The notes: a model not told the origin generated them from the letters alone. A DNA stretch of 64,000 nt from Candidatus Micrarchaeota archaeon (GCA_021818925.1 JAKASU010000001.1:295972-359971), one strand, 5' to 3'; counted from the first letter of the stretch, positions 1 through 9,496 are shown. Numbers and translations: made by a program.

Positions 1-129
1 GGCGTCATGCCTGTTCTCAGTGCCGCACCTAGGGCAGCGCACCGTCCTCTTAACCAGGTCGGTACCGCACTCTGTGCAGTACTTTGCGCCTTCCTTGTTC
101 TCGACGCCGCAGTTGTGGCACGTGACCAT
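1..129 (-). CDS. zinc-ribbon protein, N-terminal part (gene runs off the left edge)
   Basis: Reverse-strand ATG at 129-127 opens MVTCHNCGVENKEGAKYCTECGTDLVKRTVRCPRCGTENRHDA with no stop before position 1. It has three CxxC pairs. Absent from the ORF track because it is truncated. Confidence 0.45.
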   Translation of the reverse strand, partial: MVTCHNCGVENKEGAKYCTECGTDLVKRTVRCPRCGTENRHDA

Positions 130-179
130 CAGTATCGGTCAGATATTCCCTTTTTGCCTTCTTTAACTTTCGTGTTAGC

Positions 180-605
180 CTACCGCTTGGAGAAGAGATG
201 CTCCCTCACCCTGGAGCCCAGGTAGGCCCCGAGCAGGGCGAAGAAGACTATGCCCGCTATCAACACCGCAGGCCCGGAGGAGAAGAAGGCGGTGAAGATG
301 GCGCCGCCTATGCCCGAAAGCGGGCCTTCCGTAACTACGAAGACCTCGGAGCCGACCACATAGAAGATCCAGGCGAGTATGACCGCGCTGACAGAACTGG
401 ATATGAAGCCTGTTACAAGGCTCTTCCGGCGGGTCTCCAGATGCATGCCTACCAGGTAGCCCGCGATGAACGGGCCAAGTATAGGGATCCATCCCAGAGC
501 CAGGAATAGAATTATGAATAGGGCCAGCTCTATTGCGTTCAGCGGCGGACCGCGCCCAGTTGCCATGCTGTCATTCGGTGCTTTTTGGTTTATACGCATT
601 TCCAT
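180..605 (-). CDS. small integral membrane protein (about 4 TM)
   Basis: 141-aa ORF with hydrophobic helices (LALFIILFLALGWIPILGPFIAGYLVG, VILAWIFYVVG, AIFTAFFSSGPAVLIAGIVFFALLGAYLG). Overlapping + strand ORFs are Arg/Pro/Gly-rich, as expected for antisense frames in G+C-rich DNA. Confidence 0.45.
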   Translation of the reverse strand: MEMRINQKAPNDSMATGRGPPLNAIELALFIILFLALGWIPILGPFIAGYLVGMHLETRRKSLVTGFISSSVSAVILAWIFYVVGSEVFVVTEGPLSGIGGAIFTAFFSSGPAVLIAGIVFFALLGAYLGSRVREHLFSKR

Positions 606-626
606 CGTTGTTGACTGTCGCGAAAC

Positions 627-1295
627 TCAACGTACCATAGCCCTGGCCTTCTTCAGCACATCAACAAACATCTTCTCCGTAAGCGTGCCCGTGTTGGTGT
701 TCCTCGGGGATACGTGGTAAGAAGTTAGTATCCTGTAGCGGCCCGCATTGTACATCTTTCCGTGCCCGAAATCCTCGATGCCGCTCGTGTCCACGCCGAT
801 CTGCCTTAGCGCGTACTCGAGCCACTTGTGCGCGAATGCCCCAAGCGGCACTATCACGCTGACCTTCTTGAGCGCGAGCAGCTCGTTCACGAGGAAGGCG
901 CCGGTGCATCTCGCCGCTTCGACCTTCTCGGGTTTGTTGTCTGGAGGTGCGCACTTCACCACAGCGGTAACGTATAGCCCCTTGAGCTTAAGCCCGTCGT
1001 CGACGCTTCTCGATTCGCGCTGGTTCGAGAGGCCCGCCTTGTAGATCGCGTCGAAGAGGAAGTCCCCGGAGGGGTCGCCGGTGAAGACCCTGCCGGTGCG
1101 GTTGCCGCCGTGCGCCGAGGGGGCGAGCCCCACGATGAGTATGCGCGCGTCCATGTCTCCGAATCCGGGCACAGGCCTGTGCCAGTACTTCCAACCTGAG
1201 AACCTCTTTGCCGGCTTGACTGACTCCCTGTACCTGACAAGCCTGGGGCAGAGCCTGCAGGCTGCTATCTCATTGTATAGTATCTGCTTCTGCAC
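627..1295 (-). CDS. udg: uracil-DNA glycosylase, Fe-S type (family 4/5)
   Basis: N-terminal CRLCPRL Cys motif, GLAPSAHGGNRTGRVFTGD active-site motif, later VVKCAPP and HVSPRN. Typical size of 222 aa. Confidence 0.85.
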   Translation of the reverse strand: MQKQILYNEIAACRLCPRLVRYRESVKPAKRFSGWKYWHRPVPGFGDMDARILIVGLAPSAHGGNRTGRVFTGDPSGDFLFDAIYKAGLSNQRESRSVDDGLKLKGLYVTAVVKCAPPDNKPEKVEAARCTGAFLVNELLALKKVSVIVPLGAFAHKWLEYALRQIGVDTSGIEDFGHGKMYNAGRYRILTSYHVSPRNTNTGTLTEKMFVDVLKKARAMVR

Positions 1296-1317
1296 GTTTG
1301 CAGAATTGGCACCAATA

Positions 1318-2088
1318 CTATAAATTGTTTAGCCTTACCCTTATCTCGTCGCCGTTGAGCTTCGTGGTCAGCAATGGTATCTTCTCTATCTGCGCTATCT
1401 TTATCGCCAGCTTGTCCACCTGGTCCACGTTCTGTATCACGACGAGCTTCGGCTTTATCGGCGCGACGCGTATGACTACCATCGGCGACCTGCCGGTCGA
1501 GACCTGGTCGAAGATGAAAGCGCGCTCCGTAGTAGTGCCGAAGAGCTTCGGGTACTCCGCTGGCGATATCTCCAGTATAACCTTGAGGCTGTCGAGAAGC
1601 GTGTAGCCGAAGAGCTTGACTGTGTCGAGAAGCCCGGGGTTCGCAGCTATCTTCGCCTCTATAAGGCGCGAGAAGTCCATGCCGCTTATCGGCGTGGAGA
1701 AGTCCTTGATCATGTAGAAGCTCCCGCTCTCCTCCTTTGCGGCGTTGAACTTCTGCAGGTTGCGGGTGACCTCGCTCCCCTTCTGCTCGTCCAGGGTGAG
1801 GAGCGCCTTCACGAACCTCTTGATTATGCCCACTCCGGGGCTTGCCCTCCTGTTCCCCTCGTAGTCGCTTATTGTGCTGGCCGATATCTTGAGGTACTTG
1901 GCGAGCTCGACTTGCGAGATGCCGAACAGCTCACGCCACTTCTTCATGGCGCTGCCGGCGCTCTCGGCCATCGCGATCTCCCCTCCGATTCTCTCCTCCA
2001 GGCTGTCCATGCAAGGAATTGGAAAGAGAGGTTTAATAAGGTATCTGTCTAAGTCGGCTACGTCAGTTTGTTCGGTAGGATTGCACAC
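1318..2088 (-). CDS. XRE-type HTH transcriptional regulator with C-terminal domain
   Basis: KWRELFGISQVELAKYLKISASTISDYEGNRR is a classic Cro/C1 helix-turn-helix, followed by an uncharacterised domain of about 150 aa. The true start may be an internal Met. Confidence 0.7.
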   Translation of the reverse strand: MCNPTEQTDVADLDRYLIKPLFPIPCMDSLEERIGGEIAMAESAGSAMKKWRELFGISQVELAKYLKISASTISDYEGNRRASPGVGIIKRFVKALLTLDEQKGSEVTRNLQKFNAAKEESGSFYMIKDFSTPISGMDFSRLIEAKIAANPGLLDTVKLFGYTLLDSLKVILEISPAEYPKLFGTTTERAFIFDQVSTGRSPMVVIRVAPIKPKLVVIQNVDQVDKLAIKIAQIEKIPLLTTKLNGDEIRVRLNNL

Positions 2089-2160
2089 TCGCTTGGGAAG
2101 CTGGCCAAATTCGCTCAGGAAAGAAAGAGCGCCTGTCGCGTGGTCTACGCAGACCAGTAG

Positions 2161-2844
2161 TCAGCCACTCTTCCCGACCTTCTTTTTTCTCTCCATCAGC
2201 TCGTACTCCCGCGCCGCCTCCTTGTCAATCTGCATCTCGTCGCCGCGCTTTGCGCCGGAGACGAAGCCGTATATAGCCAGGCAGATGCCGGCTATGAAGG
2301 ACAGCGCCGCCACCCCCGTGTACTCGAAGAACGAGTTCTTCTGAGACTCGAGCCCGGAGAGCGAGAACGGCCTCAGGCCGACAGATATGTTGTCCTGGCT
2401 AGCGCCGGGATTGTAGAAGATCGCATAGTAGGTGCCAGGCCTCAGGAAGGTGATGTTGAAGTAGCCGGGCTGCGTCTCGTTGGGCAGGCTTACGAACGGG
2501 AACTCGCCACCAGTCGCGTTGAAGTACGCCTCGAAGATTCCGCGGCCTTCCAGCGCAGGCGCTTCGGTCTCGATCCTGGTGCTGTTCTTGGAACCTAGCG
2601 ATGAGAACGCAGAGTAGTTCGCGAAGAAGAAGTCGAAGCTGCGCTTGGACCCGAAGACAAGAGAGGTGAAGTTGGTGTCGTTGAGCATCACGGGTATGCT
2701 TTTCATCGAGCCCGGTAGAACGGTGAGGTTGCGCACAGATTGCGAGCTCTGGAAGAGCGGGATGAGCGAGTTTAGCGAGAGCGCGAACAGCGCCAAGCTG
2801 ATAAGTATGAGCGCTATGCCGAGATACATGATGTTCTTCTTCAA
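2161..2844 (-). CDS. surface protein with N- and C-terminal TM anchors, many N-x-S/T sequons
   Basis: N-terminal TM YLGIALILISLALFALSL, C-terminal TM VAALSFIAGICLAIYGFV followed by a charged tail. The ectodomain is rich in NxS/T. Confidence 0.5.
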   Translation of the reverse strand: MKKNIMYLGIALILISLALFALSLNSLIPLFQSSQSVRNLTVLPGSMKSIPVMLNDTNFTSLVFGSKRSFDFFFANYSAFSSLGSKNSTRIETEAPALEGRGIFEAYFNATGGEFPFVSLPNETQPGYFNITFLRPGTYYAIFYNPGASQDNISVGLRPFSLSGLESQKNSFFEYTGVAALSFIAGICLAIYGFVSGAKRGDEMQIDKEAAREYELMERKKKVGKSG

Positions 2845-2928
2845 ACGATCGCTACCTGTTGGAGTCTAACCCTTAAAACTTTTTTTGTCACGAGACGGCA
2901 ACATTATTAAAAGCATCTAGTAGTAATA

Positions 2929-3681
2929 GTGTCAGTGGTCATATTGCCTAACATGGTGAAGACGGGCATAGAGGGCCTTGACGCGATGCTCTTCGGGGGC
3001 ATCGTTGAGGGAAACCAGATGATGCTCGCTGGAGGGCCTGGCGCCGGAAAGACGCTGCTTTCCTTCGAATTCCTTTACAGGAGCGCAAAGATGGGAGTAA
3101 CCTCTGTCCTGTTCGCGCTGGAGGAGGACCCGCAGCGCGTCATAGCCAACGCCAAGGAGGCATTCTCCGATTTCAAGGACATCGACCAGCTCATCAAGAA
3201 CAAGAAGCTCATAATCGACGGCGAGGATCCGGCGACGGTGCTGCACAGCAGCACCTCTGGTGACAACTCCTCCCAGTACGAGTTCGGGAAGGTGGTTTCA
3301 GACATAGAGTCAACGATCGTGGCGACGGGCGCGAAGCGCGTAGTCATCGACTCGCTCTCGGTGTTCGACATGCTGATAAACGACCCAGTATCGTACAGGC
3401 GGGCGATGCTCGCCCTGGTGAGCAACCTGCGCAGGCTCGGAGTAACATCGATACTCACAGCGGAGATGAGCACGCCGGAGAGGAGCAAGCTGAGGTTCCG
3501 TACCGAGTACTTCGTCTTCGACGGCATACTCATAATGTACGAGAAGGGCGAGGCTGAGAAGAGAATGCTCGCCATGGAAGTGATAAAGACCCGCGGATCG
3601 AAGCACAGCTTCGTGACCACGCCTTATGAGATAACCCCGCAGGGGTTCAGCGTGCTCTCGGCCGAGGAACTGGGCCTCTAG
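2929..3681 (+). CDS. KaiC/RecA-superfamily ATPase (single KaiC-like domain)
   Basis: TGIEGLDAMLFGG...LAGGPGAGKT (Walker A), VVIDSLS (Walker B-like). The track start is GTG. ATG at 2953 (MVKTGIEGLD) is a plausible alternative. Confidence 0.8.
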   Translation: MSVVILPNMVKTGIEGLDAMLFGGIVEGNQMMLAGGPGAGKTLLSFEFLYRSAKMGVTSVLFALEEDPQRVIANAKEAFSDFKDIDQLIKNKKLIIDGEDPATVLHSSTSGDNSSQYEFGKVVSDIESTIVATGAKRVVIDSLSVFDMLINDPVSYRRAMLALVSNLRRLGVTSILTAEMSTPERSKLRFRTEYFVFDGILIMYEKGEAEKRMLAMEVIKTRGSKHSFVTTPYEITPQGFSVLSAEELGL

Positions 3682-3693
3682 CCGCAAGCTGGT

Positions 3694-4746
3694 TTGATGC
3701 GAGAGGAAGCCAAGGACGTTGATCCCGCACGGAGGCTTAAGATATACGCTGCGCTCACGCTGCTCCTCATACTCGCCGCTGCCGTCTCATTCCTGCTCGC
3801 ACCCGAAAGCGGAGGCGGAAGCCTCAGTTCGTGCGACAGACTGATCCTGTCGGGCAGCAGGTACACGTGCATAATGGCCCTGGCCCTCTCGCAGGAGAAC
3901 GCAAGCCTGTGCGGCGGGCTGGGCGGCGCTTATGCAGATTCATGCTACTCGCAGGTCGCTGAGAAGAGTGGCAATGCGAGAGCGTGCGGCGATGTGCAGA
4001 ACACGACGGAAGCGAGCCTTTGCTTCTCGTCGATCGCGAGCGCCGAGAACAACTACACCCTTTGCTCCAGCGCGCAGGAGCCGTATGCGTCAGCCTGCCA
4101 AAGCGGGGTGGCTGTGAGGCTCGGAGACTATTCGCTCTGCGGTCAGATATCTAACTACACGTACGGCTCCGAATGTTCGTCGATAATCTCTACGAGGTAC
4201 GCGGTGCGCACCGGAGACGCGGCGTTCTGCGCCAACGCCAGCGCCTCGAACGACAGGAACCTTACTGATTACGTGATAGCAAACCTGAGCGCCAATTCCA
4301 CGATAGGCTCGCTGCAGAGCAACTTCCTGCTGAGCTCGCTCTCGGTGCTGCCGAACGTCGTCTATACCGCGCGCGACTACTGCTACATAGTGCTCGCTTC
4401 CAAGACCCTCAACCCCGCCCTCTGCGCTTACGTAAGCCCGGGCGAGACCGCAACCATCTGCGGCAGGGAAGCCGGAGCTGCGGCAAACACTACGTCCAGC
4501 ACGACCCAGAACCTAACCGAGCTACTGAGGTCGTGCTCACAGGCAGGAAACTACGCGCAGCAGTGCCAGCAGGCGATAGTGCTATCGAAGGCGCTCTCCA
4601 CAAAGAACGCTACGCTCTGCACTATGCTCTCCGGGCAGCAGGAGACAAGCTGCTACGACCTGCTCGCAAGCACATACGCGAACTCAACATACTGCGACTA
4701 CATATCCGGCCAGGGTGCGCAGTCTTCATGCATATCTAACTCGTGA
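3694..4746 (+). CDS. membrane-anchored Cys-rich repeat protein, unknown function
   Basis: N-terminal TM (IYAALTLLLILAAAVSFLL), then about 30 Cys in a recurring ...LC...(8-12)...C(Y)...(10-14)...C pattern (e.g. ASLCGGLGGAYADSCYSQVAEKSGNARAC). Confidence 0.55.
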   Translation: MMREEAKDVDPARRLKIYAALTLLLILAAAVSFLLAPESGGGSLSSCDRLILSGSRYTCIMALALSQENASLCGGLGGAYADSCYSQVAEKSGNARACGDVQNTTEASLCFSSIASAENNYTLCSSAQEPYASACQSGVAVRLGDYSLCGQISNYTYGSECSSIISTRYAVRTGDAAFCANASASNDRNLTDYVIANLSANSTIGSLQSNFLLSSLSVLPNVVYTARDYCYIVLASKTLNPALCAYVSPGETATICGREAGAAANTTSSTTQNLTELLRSCSQAGNYAQQCQQAIVLSKALSTKNATLCTMLSGQQETSCYDLLASTYANSTYCDYISGQGAQSSCISNS

Positions 4747-6169
4747 TGTCTTGAGAGGCCTCGTATCATGCATCAGGCGTTACCCTGACGCTGAGGAAAC
4801 GGACTACTTCATTGTCACCAGCGACGCTTCCCTGCGGACCAATTCACTGCACAGCAGGATGAATCTGAACGCGGGAGAGATTGGGGAGATTACGATCGCG
4901 GAGGGATTCGTCTCCGTGTTCGAGCCGATCGAGGGCGAGAAGACAAGAAATGAGATCGGAAGGGAGATAGAGAAGGCAGCGGCGGGCATGATGAAGGGCG
5001 CGCTTCACAGGATAATGGTACCACAGGTGGACAGCGTTACCGAGAAGATGCACAAGAAACTGGGCGACGCTATGCTTCTGCTCGCGCACAAGCTTACAAT
5101 CGGCGCTCCGATAGTGGTGAGGTTCCACAACGACATCGACGGAGCGAGCGGAGCCTATGCCCTATACAAGACGGTAAGGTTCGCGTGCGAGACGAGCGAA
5201 CACATCGCGTACAAGCCAAACATAACGTGGAGGATGCACGGCTCTGTGTCATACTCGCGGGAGGACGCCACCGCCGACGTGCTCACGTGCAACAACTACG
5301 AGTGCATGGAGAAGCCGCTCCTTCTCATCCTAGACTTCGGGACGAGCGATGAGAGCAACGCGGGGCTCGAGGTGGCGAAATCGCGGTTCGACATAGTCTG
5401 GCTCGACCACCACCCGATAATCGAGGGGTTCGAAGGCAGGAAGCTCGATCACTACATCAACCCGTGGAACTTCGGCGGCGACTCCAACTACACCGCCGGA
5501 TTCCTCACGTGCGTCTTCGCGAAGACGCTCGCCAACATTGACACGCGAGACATCGAGGAGGCGTCGTTCATAGGCGACTACAGCGAGCATTCGAAGCCAA
5601 CAGTTGCAAGCAGGAAGCTTGCCGCGCTGCTCGACCTTGTCACCAGCGACACACGCGTGATCGCCGGCATAAAGGGCAACCTCACTCCCGCTGACATAGA
5701 TGCGGTGCTGGGAGACAGGGCAAAGAGCGAGGAGCTGATAGCGTACGCGGAGAACAGGGTGAGTGAGATGCTCGACCTGGCGATAGGGTCGGTCAAGATA
5801 TACAAGGCGGGAAAGACGCAGATATACGTGACTGATTTCAACGACGTGAGGATCAACGAGCAGGAGAGGTATCCGCTACCTGGAAGGTTTGCGTCAAAGC
5901 TGCTCGGCAGGATAGAGGAGCTGAACAGGTCTCCGTGCATACTGCTGCTGCATTTCGGCAGCTTCGTCTCGGCCCGAATGAGCAAGAAACTGATCGGGAA
6001 GGTTGAGCTGCTAAGGGTGCTTGACGCTGTGCGTTCGGATTTCCCAAATTACGTGGAGTCGACGGGCGGGCACAGCAACGCCGCAAGCATAAAGCTAAAG
6101 GGGGAGGAGATGAAGAAGGAGATAGTCAGGCACACGGTTGAGAAGCTGAAGGAGGAGATCGGGGCCTAG
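4715..6169 (+). CDS. DHH/DHHA1 phosphoesterase, archaeal RecJ/Cdc45-like
   Basis: Motifs HNDIDGASG, LDFGTSD, WLDHHP (DHH) and C-terminal GGHSNAAS (DHHA1 GGGH). The start is uncertain because the track start overlaps the upstream gene. Confidence 0.7.
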   Translation: MRSLHAYLTRDVLRGLVSCIRRYPDAEETDYFIVTSDASLRTNSLHSRMNLNAGEIGEITIAEGFVSVFEPIEGEKTRNEIGREIEKAAAGMMKGALHRIMVPQVDSVTEKMHKKLGDAMLLLAHKLTIGAPIVVRFHNDIDGASGAYALYKTVRFACETSEHIAYKPNITWRMHGSVSYSREDATADVLTCNNYECMEKPLLLILDFGTSDESNAGLEVAKSRFDIVWLDHHPIIEGFEGRKLDHYINPWNFGGDSNYTAGFLTCVFAKTLANIDTRDIEEASFIGDYSEHSKPTVASRKLAALLDLVTSDTRVIAGIKGNLTPADIDAVLGDRAKSEELIAYAENRVSEMLDLAIGSVKIYKAGKTQIYVTDFNDVRINEQERYPLPGRFASKLLGRIEELNRSPCILLLHFGSFVSARMSKKLIGKVELLRVLDAVRSDFPNYVESTGGHSNAASIKLKGEEMKKEIVRHTVEKLKEEIGA

Positions 6170-6744
6170 CCCCTGCTGTTCGGCGTGACTGTCAGGTAGC
6201 CTATGACGGAGTAGGTCTGCACGCCGTATGCTGAGGAAGCGGAAGACAGCACGATGTTTGCGGTGTAGCTGCCTGTGCTTGCTGGCGCGTTATCGGCGGA
6301 TCCTCCGGCAAACGTGACGTTAAGCGCCTCGCCCGAGAACATGCGTGATATGTTCTGCGATCTCGGAAACTGTGATGCCTCCTGCGGGCTGAAGTTCGCT
6401 GAGAGCGGGACGAGGTAGAGCGTGGAGTTGAAGAGCTCCGTGTTGCTGTTCTGGATGAACCTGAAGGACACGGTCCCGTTATCGATCATCGGGACCTCGC
6501 ATGAGTACTGCTGAGTGAAGGCGCATATGTTGATGATTTTGGGCGAGTTCCTGGGCAGGCTTGAGTAGAAGCTGGCCAGCGGATTTACGACGAGCACAAC
6601 GATCAGGTATATGGCTGTGGAGATGATCGCTATCGCCCTTATTGCCGGCCAGAAGAGGCTGGCCTTCAGTTCAGGCTCCTCGCGCGGAGGCTCGTCACCG
6701 AAGTACTCGCGAACCTTCTCTCTGCCGCGCCTCTCTTCGCTCAT
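6166..6744 (-). CDS. type II membrane protein with glycosylated ectodomain, unknown function
   Basis: Charged N-terminus, single TM (AIAIISTAIYLIVVLVV), NxS/T-rich C-terminal domain. Confidence 0.45.
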   Translation of the reverse strand: MSEERRGREKVREYFGDEPPREEPELKASLFWPAIRAIAIISTAIYLIVVLVVNPLASFYSSLPRNSPKIINICAFTQQYSCEVPMIDNGTVSFRFIQNSNTELFNSTLYLVPLSANFSPQEASQFPRSQNISRMFSGEALNVTFAGGSADNAPASTGSYTANIVLSSASSAYGVQTYSVIGYLTVTPNSRG

Positions 6745-6783
6745 CTATTAACTTCTTGCACCGAGCGATTAAAAAACAGTGGC

Positions 6784-7494
6784 TCACACGCCGTGGAACC
6801 AGAAGCCCTTCTCGTCCTTCTTGGCCTTCTTCTTGAGAACCTTGCCGAGCATTCCCTTCTCCTCCTTCGGCTCCTGGACCTTAACGCCCATTTCTGCCGC
6901 GAGCTCCGGATGTTCGCGGAGATAGTTGTTCTGGAACTCGTGGTACTTGTCGAGTTTCGCCTTGTCGTATGCGGCCTTGTGCGTCTCGTACTCGGCCTTC
7001 ATCCCGTTCCTCCATTCGTCGAGCGTGTACCCGTATGGCGGGTGCTCCCTTATGCTCGGCGGATTGTAATGATACTTGTAGTGCTCGTTGTAGTAGTCGA
7101 CATCGCGCTCCGAGACGCTTTCGGGATTGGTTCCTACATGGACGCCCTGCTTCGCGAGGAAGTCGACCACATCCTGCCTGCTCATCTGCGCCTTCCTGTT
7201 GTCCGCGCCAGTGGGATTGTAGGTTATGCTTATCTTCCTGGCGACGAACTCGACCTTGGCGAAGAGCACAGCCTCTTGGAGCATGAGCCTGTACTGCAGG
7301 CGCGCCGCGTGCTCCGTGTCTATGAGCTCCTCCTTCTTCACGTCGGTGAAGACTATCTGCCTTACCGTGTGGAACGGGACCCTGTACTTCAGCCCGTTCT
7401 CCTCAACGTACTCGTTGTACTCCTTGGTCTCGGCTCGCTCCTTCTCTAGCTCTTTTTGGTAGGTGTACGTGTCCGCGTCTTCCCTTCTGTCCAT
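6784..7494 (-). CDS. hypothetical protein (possible ferredoxin-fold/HMA-like core without metal Cys)
   Basis: 236-aa ORF 22 nt downstream of the radical SAM gene on the same strand. The central VEFVARKISITYNPTG...VVDFLAKQGV resembles a beta-alpha-beta module. Charged Lys/Glu-rich termini. Confidence 0.45.
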   Translation of the reverse strand: MDRREDADTYTYQKELEKERAETKEYNEYVEENGLKYRVPFHTVRQIVFTDVKKEELIDTEHAARLQYRLMLQEAVLFAKVEFVARKISITYNPTGADNRKAQMSRQDVVDFLAKQGVHVGTNPESVSERDVDYYNEHYKYHYNPPSIREHPPYGYTLDEWRNGMKAEYETHKAAYDKAKLDKYHEFQNNYLREHPELAAEMGVKVQEPKEEKGMLGKVLKKKAKKDEKGFWFHGV

Positions 7495-7516
7495 CTATGT
7501 CACCGCTTGCGGTTTT

Positions 7517-9496
7517 TCAGCAGTCGCAGTTCCCGCCGCAGCTGCATGCCCCTCCTGAGCCGCATCCGCAGTCGGACCCTGATTCGTGAGTGTGATCGTG
7601 CTCGTGTTCGTGTTCGTGTTCGTGCGCGTGCTCCTCAGCCGCCGGCTCCTTGAGAGGCATCTTCACGGACACAGTGCCGCCGGTGTTTATCTCTGCCACC
7701 GCGATCCTGTCCTTTCCCCTTTCGTGCCTTATCTTCTCAGCCTCGACCATGTTGTTCGGCAGCTTGAAGAAGTCGGTTGCCTGCTGGTAGAGCTTCTGGT
7801 ACTCTGATGTGGCCTCCAGCGCCTTGATGTCCCTCTTGTACTTGTCTGCGGCGTAGTTCCAGCCGGAGTGCGTTGCCTCCCAGTCCTTGCTCGGTATGGC
7901 GTACTGCCTCTGCACCTTGTCCCTGTAGACTTCTGGGAATACGTTGAACGTGCAGAACGGAAGCACACGCCCGTCAGGCATCGAGTAGTGTATGTCGCAC
8001 TTCTCCACCCTCTTTATGTCGTATGTGTACTCGTCCTGGAAGTGCATCATGCCCAGGAACAGGCTCTTCATCTGGAACATTCCGACGCTGGCGAAGTCGT
8101 GCTTCATTAGCACGCTCATGAAGAGCTTTGCGAAGTTTATCGACTTCGGCTGCTTCTCCTTGTCTATGAACTTGTTTATGTCAAGGAGCGCCCTCATCGC
8201 TATTATCCTGCGCTCGATCTTGCTCTTCCCGTGCATCTCGTTGACCGCCTCCTGCAGGTGCTCGAGAAGCCCGGCGGCGTCAACAAACCTTGTCAGCGGT
8301 ATTATCTTGTTGTTGTTGTCGAGGAAGATGTAGCTTCCGGCTCCGCAGGCGAAGTGTATCGAGAGATCGTACTTGTACTCGCCCGTAAGCGCCTCTATGA
8401 ACCTGTTGATTCCGCCGACGTAGGGAACGGAGAACCAGTCCTCCTTTGTTATAACGCCTCCCGTCTGCTCCTCTATCTGCTTTATCGCTCCGGGTATCGT
8501 AATGCGCTGCTTCTCCCTAAGCCTGGCCGGCATCCTGCCCACGAGCGAGACGGGCTGGAAGTTTACGGCCCTTATTATGTCGATGTTGTTCAGCGCGAAG
8601 TTGATTATGCTGCCTAGCTCGTGGTCGTTGATCGTTCTTATGACCGTCGGCACAAGCACTATGCTGAGGTTCGCCTTCCTCGCGGCCTTCAGCGTCATCG
8701 GCACCTCCCAGTGGTTCTTCGGGTTGGCCCTCTTGCTCACTCCGTCGAAGCTCATGTAGAGCGTGCTGACTCCTGCGTGCCTCAGCTTCAACATCATCTC
8801 GGGGTGAATGCCCAGGTTTATGCCGGTGGTGTTGAGCTGTATCTGGTCGAAGCCCGCCTCCTTGGCCATCGTGATTATCTGCGGCAGGTCCTCACGCATG
8901 GTGGGCTCGCCGCCGGTTATCTGCAGAGCGTTTGCGGGTATGGGCTTCTGGTTCCTGAGCTTGATGAACATCTTGTTCAGCTCCTGCGTCGACGGCTCGT
9001 AAACAGGCTCGCCCTCCTTTGCGTAGAAGAAGCAGTACCAGCACGAGAGGTGGCACCTGTTAGTTATGACCACGTTGACGAGCCCGCTGTGGCTCTTGTG
9101 CCTCATGCACATCGCGCAGTCGAACGGGCAGTTCTCCCCCTTGTTTATCACGTCAGGGTTGTCGAATCCCCTCCCGTAGTAATTGTAGTTCCTCATTCGC
9201 ATGTACATGTCGTAGTCCTCCCAGTACTTCTCTACGGTCCAGCCGTCGTCGGGGCAGTACTTGCGAATCATCACGTTGTCCGCGTCCTTGTAGATTATGC
9301 CGTCTATTATCAGCTTGCAGCTTGGGCAGACGGTCTTAGTCTTGTCGATGACAGGCATCGCCTCTATCTGCTCCATCGTCCTGTGGTAAGGGGCATTGAG
9401 GGCCGTTATCGCCTCGCCGTTCGAGCCAACTACCGTATTGGTTTTCTCGTCTATTTGGAGTATGTCAGATGGTCTGGATGCGCTACTTATTCCCAA
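7517..9496 (-). CDS. large radical SAM enzyme with N-terminal Cys-rich domain and C-terminal His/Cys-rich tail (COG1964/tetraether-synthase-like, tentative)
   Basis: CX3CX2C radical SAM motif NRCHLSCWYC, SAM-binding-like ITGGEPTMRED, upstream CPSC...CPDDG and CPFDCAMC Cys clusters. The tail is HAHEHEHEHEHDHTHESGSDCGCGSGGACSCGGNCDC. TTG start. Confidence 0.8.
   Translation of the reverse strand: MGISSASRPSDILQIDEKTNTVVGSNGEAITALNAPYHRTMEQIEAMPVIDKTKTVCPSCKLIIDGIIYKDADNVMIRKYCPDDGWTVEKYWEDYDMYMRMRNYNYYGRGFDNPDVINKGENCPFDCAMCMRHKSHSGLVNVVITNRCHLSCWYCFFYAKEGEPVYEPSTQELNKMFIKLRNQKPIPANALQITGGEPTMREDLPQIITMAKEAGFDQIQLNTTGINLGIHPEMMLKLRHAGVSTLYMSFDGVSKRANPKNHWEVPMTLKAARKANLSIVLVPTVIRTINDHELGSIINFALNNIDIIRAVNFQPVSLVGRMPARLREKQRITIPGAIKQIEEQTGGVITKEDWFSVPYVGGINRFIEALTGEYKYDLSIHFACGAGSYIFLDNNNKIIPLTRFVDAAGLLEHLQEAVNEMHGKSKIERRIIAMRALLDINKFIDKEKQPKSINFAKLFMSVLMKHDFASVGMFQMKSLFLGMMHFQDEYTYDIKRVEKCDIHYSMPDGRVLPFCTFNVFPEVYRDKVQRQYAIPSKDWEATHSGWNYAADKYKRDIKALEATSEYQKLYQQATDFFKLPNNMVEAEKIRHERGKDRIAVAEINTGGTVSVKMPLKEPAAEEHAHEHEHEHEHDHTHESGSDCGCGSGGACSCGGNCDC

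Noticed and set aside
7580-7640. Hexanucleotide-like repeat gtgttcgtgttcgtgttcgtg as a microsatellite or repeat element
   Set aside because: It is simply the antisense of the (His-Glu)n codons in the radical SAM C-terminal tail. It is in frame and part of the CDS.
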